DNA from: Candidatus Hydrogenedens sp. | GTDB taxonomy: Bacteria > Hydrogenedentota > Hydrogenedentia > Hydrogenedentales > Hydrogenedentaceae | Length of the DNA stretch: 508 nucleotides | Direction: 5' to 3' | Assembly: GCA_049968235.1 (NCBI GenBank) | Contig: JBMFRC010000065.1 | Span: 1-508, forward strand | In this document: positions 1-508 of the stretch, one piece after another | Layout of the letters: every line of letters starts with the position of its first letter | How positions within the stretch are numbered: position 1 is the first letter of the stretch | Program-made: the position numbers and the translations under genes | Notes under the pieces: generated by a model | Databases searched by the model: none | What the model was told of the DNA's origin: nothing | What the model saw: the letters and a program-made list of their open reading frames with translations, nothing else

Positions 1-173
1 CTGTTGATATATTTAGTTGTAAAGAATTTGATGTGCCATTTACAATAAACTATGTGCTAAACTTCTTTGATTTTTCTAATGCAGAAACTAATGTATTTGA
101 TAGAGGTTTAGAGTTTCCTAAAAATTTAGATATAGTATCAAAAATAATAGATAAGCAAAGAAAAGAAGTTTAA
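1..173 (+). CDS. 3' end of a protein-coding gene (hypothetical protein, N-terminus lies upstream of the window). The first complete codon starts at position 3 and the stop is TAA at 171-173. The 56 C-terminal residues are VDIFSCKEFDVPFTINYVLNFFDFSNAETNVFDRGLEFPKNLDIVSKIIDKQRKEV.
   Basis: Frame 3 is stop-free from 3 to 170 in DNA where roughly 10% of random codons would be stops, so the chance of 56 open codons is about 0.003. The other two + frames are stopped every 5-20 codons. Amino-acid composition is diverse and non-repetitive. Codon usage is A/T-ending (AGA Arg, GGT Gly, TTA Leu), consistent with a genuine gene in a low-GC genome. I recognise no motif, so the product is unassigned. Confidence 0.72.
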   Translation, partial: VDIFSCKEFDVPFTINYVLNFFDFSNAETNVFDRGLEFPKNLDIVSKIIDKQRKEV

Positions 174-175
174 TA

Positions 176-182
176 TTTTTTT
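176..182 (+). repeat. Homopolymeric T7 tract immediately after the ORF1 stop codon.
   Basis: Seen directly in the sequence: ttttttt, then g, then ttt. No GC-rich stem precedes it, so it is not a typical intrinsic terminator. Confidence 0.6.
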
Positions 183-200
183 GTTTATATAACGATAGGT

Positions 201-213
201 AAAAACAAAAAAA
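201..213 (+). repeat. A-rich leader of the form A5-C-A7, ending 1 nt before the ORF2 ATG.
   Basis: Seen directly in the sequence: aaaaacaaaaaaa followed by t and then atg. It lies between the weak AGGT and the start codon. Confidence 0.6.
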
Positions 214-214
214 T

Positions 215-508
215 ATGATTATCTTATATCCATTGAAATATAACAAATACAAAAATTATTACACAAATATTAATTTTAATCTTGATGAAACAAATTTATT
301 ATTAAACATATCTGGATTATTTGCTAACAAATATATTAATAATAGCATACAATTAAATAAAAGTTCATTAATTACATCAACAACTGTATTTAATAATTCA
401 ATAACAACAAAATTTACTTATTTGGTAGTTGATTTATATAGTTATACTTATGCATCTAATAGTATATCAATTAATTCTATAGAACCACATAAACCAGAAT
501 TTTTATTG
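215..508 (+). CDS. 5' end of a protein-coding gene (hypothetical low-complexity protein rich in Asn, Ser, Thr, Tyr, Ile and Leu) that continues beyond the window end. The start is ATG at 215-217.
   Basis: An in-frame TAA at 200-202 closes the frame upstream, and the first ATG after it is at 215. Ninety-eight codons are then open to position 508 (chance about 3e-5 in this composition). Asn, Ser, Thr and Tyr make up 45 of the 98 residues; there is no Trp, Cys or Arg and the only Met is the start. Hydrophobic and polar residues alternate in ...TKFTYLVVDLYSYTYA..., which looks like beta-strand. There is no canonical signal peptide (no basic n-region) and no recognisable catalytic motif. An alternative in-frame TTG at 233-235 is a less likely start. 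Confidence 0.68.
   Translation, partial: MIILYPLKYNKYKNYYTNINFNLDETNLLLNISGLFANKYINNSIQLNKSSLITSTTVFNNSITTKFTYLVVDLYSYTYASNSISINSIEPHKPEFLL

Larger units (their letters stand above)
174..214 (+). promoter_or_regulatory. Intergenic spacer and 5' leader of the downstream ORF. It carries a weak Shine-Dalgarno-like AGGT at 197-200, 14 nt upstream of the ATG, and a -10-like TATAAC at 188-193. All signals are weak.
   Basis: AGGT matches only the 3' part of the anti-SD, and 14 nt is longer than the optimal 5-9 nt spacing. TATAAC matches TATAAT at 5 of 6 positions but lacks the near-invariant final T, and no -35 element sits 16-18 nt upstream (the TTG at 181-183 is only about 5 nt away). In DNA this AT-rich such hexamers occur by chance, so the sequence is annotated only as a leader or intergenic region. 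Confidence 0.25.

Noticed and set aside
96-125. A sigma70-like promoter inside the ORF1 3' end: TTGATA at 97-102 followed 16-17 nt later by TAAAAA / AAAAAT at 119-125.
   Set aside because: The -10 match is only 4 of 6, and in 80% AT DNA such pairs occur by chance. It is not reportable without transcription-start data.
150-190. A rho-independent terminator after the ORF1 stop, formed by the T7 run at 176-182.
   Set aside because: The 25 nt upstream (gataagcaaagaaaagaagtttaata) contain no inverted repeat or GC-rich stem, so this is a T-run without a hairpin.
155-217. ORF1 and ORF2 being one gene split by a frameshift at the homopolymer tracts, i.e. a pseudogene.
   Set aside because: ORF1 ends at TAA 171-173, before the T tract. 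The ORF2 frame is closed by TAA 152-154 and TAA 200-202, and no single-base slippage in T7 or A7 fuses the frames.
121-255. Antisense open frames: about 45 stop-free codons opposite 121-255, about 40 opposite 53-169 and about 26 opposite 141-218.
   Set aside because: None has an ATG, and the stretch opposite 53-169 has no start codon of any kind. The stretch opposite 121-255 has only TTG (caa on the + strand at 139, 244 and 250). Lengths are within chance expectation for 20% GC DNA, the frames would encode Phe/Ile/Lys homopolymer-like peptides, and they overlap the clearly coding + strand frames.
305-400. Four N-x-S/T sequons (NIS, NNS, NKS, NNS) read as N-glycosylation sites.
   Set aside because: This is expected by chance in a protein that is 15% Asn and 20% Ser/Thr. 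There is no signal peptide, and no bacterial D/E-x-N-x-S/T sequon is present.
1-508. tRNA or other structured RNA genes, a CRISPR array, IS-element inverted repeats, or a toxin-antitoxin or defence-system signature.
   Set aside because: There are no GC-containing stems, no spaced direct repeats of 20 nt or more, no terminal inverted repeats and no recognisable domain motifs. Only short AT palindromes occur (for example aattaatt at 469-476 and tattaata at 334-341), which are typical of this composition.

Overview
This 508-bp window is extremely AT-rich, about 20% GC overall (102 G+C by manual count). It holds two co-directional protein-coding segments on the + strand, separated by a 41-bp A/T-rich spacer. 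The first is the 3' end of a gene that begins upstream of the window: frame 3, codons from position 3, TAA stop at 171-173. It gives 56 residues, ...VDIFSCKEFDVPFTINYVLNFFDFSNAETNVFDRGLEFPKNLDIVSKIIDKQRKEV*. The second starts at ATG 215-217, has an in-frame TAA just upstream at 200-202, and stays open to the window end (98 codons so far): MIILYPLKYNKYKNYYTNINFNLDETNLLLNISGLFANKYINNSIQLNKSSLITSTTVFNNSITTKFTYLVVDLYSYTYASNSISINSIEPHKPEFLL.... All other frames on both strands are crowded with stops. The longest antisense stop-free stretch is about 45 codons with no ATG, which is ordinary for this composition. I recognise neither protein and see no RNA gene, CRISPR array, mobile-element end, hairpin terminator or convincing Shine-Dalgarno. 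The layout (same strand, 41-bp gap, no terminator) suggests an operon-like pair from a very low-GC prokaryote such as a Mollicute, an obligate endosymbiont or another ~20-25% GC lineage, or from an AT-rich organelle genome. Neither ORF has an in-frame TGA or TGG, so the genetic code (11 vs 4) cannot be decided here. Nothing in the window supports a defined novel system. The only object that merits follow-up is ORF2, an approximately 18% GC, Asn/Ser/Thr/Tyr/Ile-rich low-complexity N-terminus that looks like an orphan or accessory gene.
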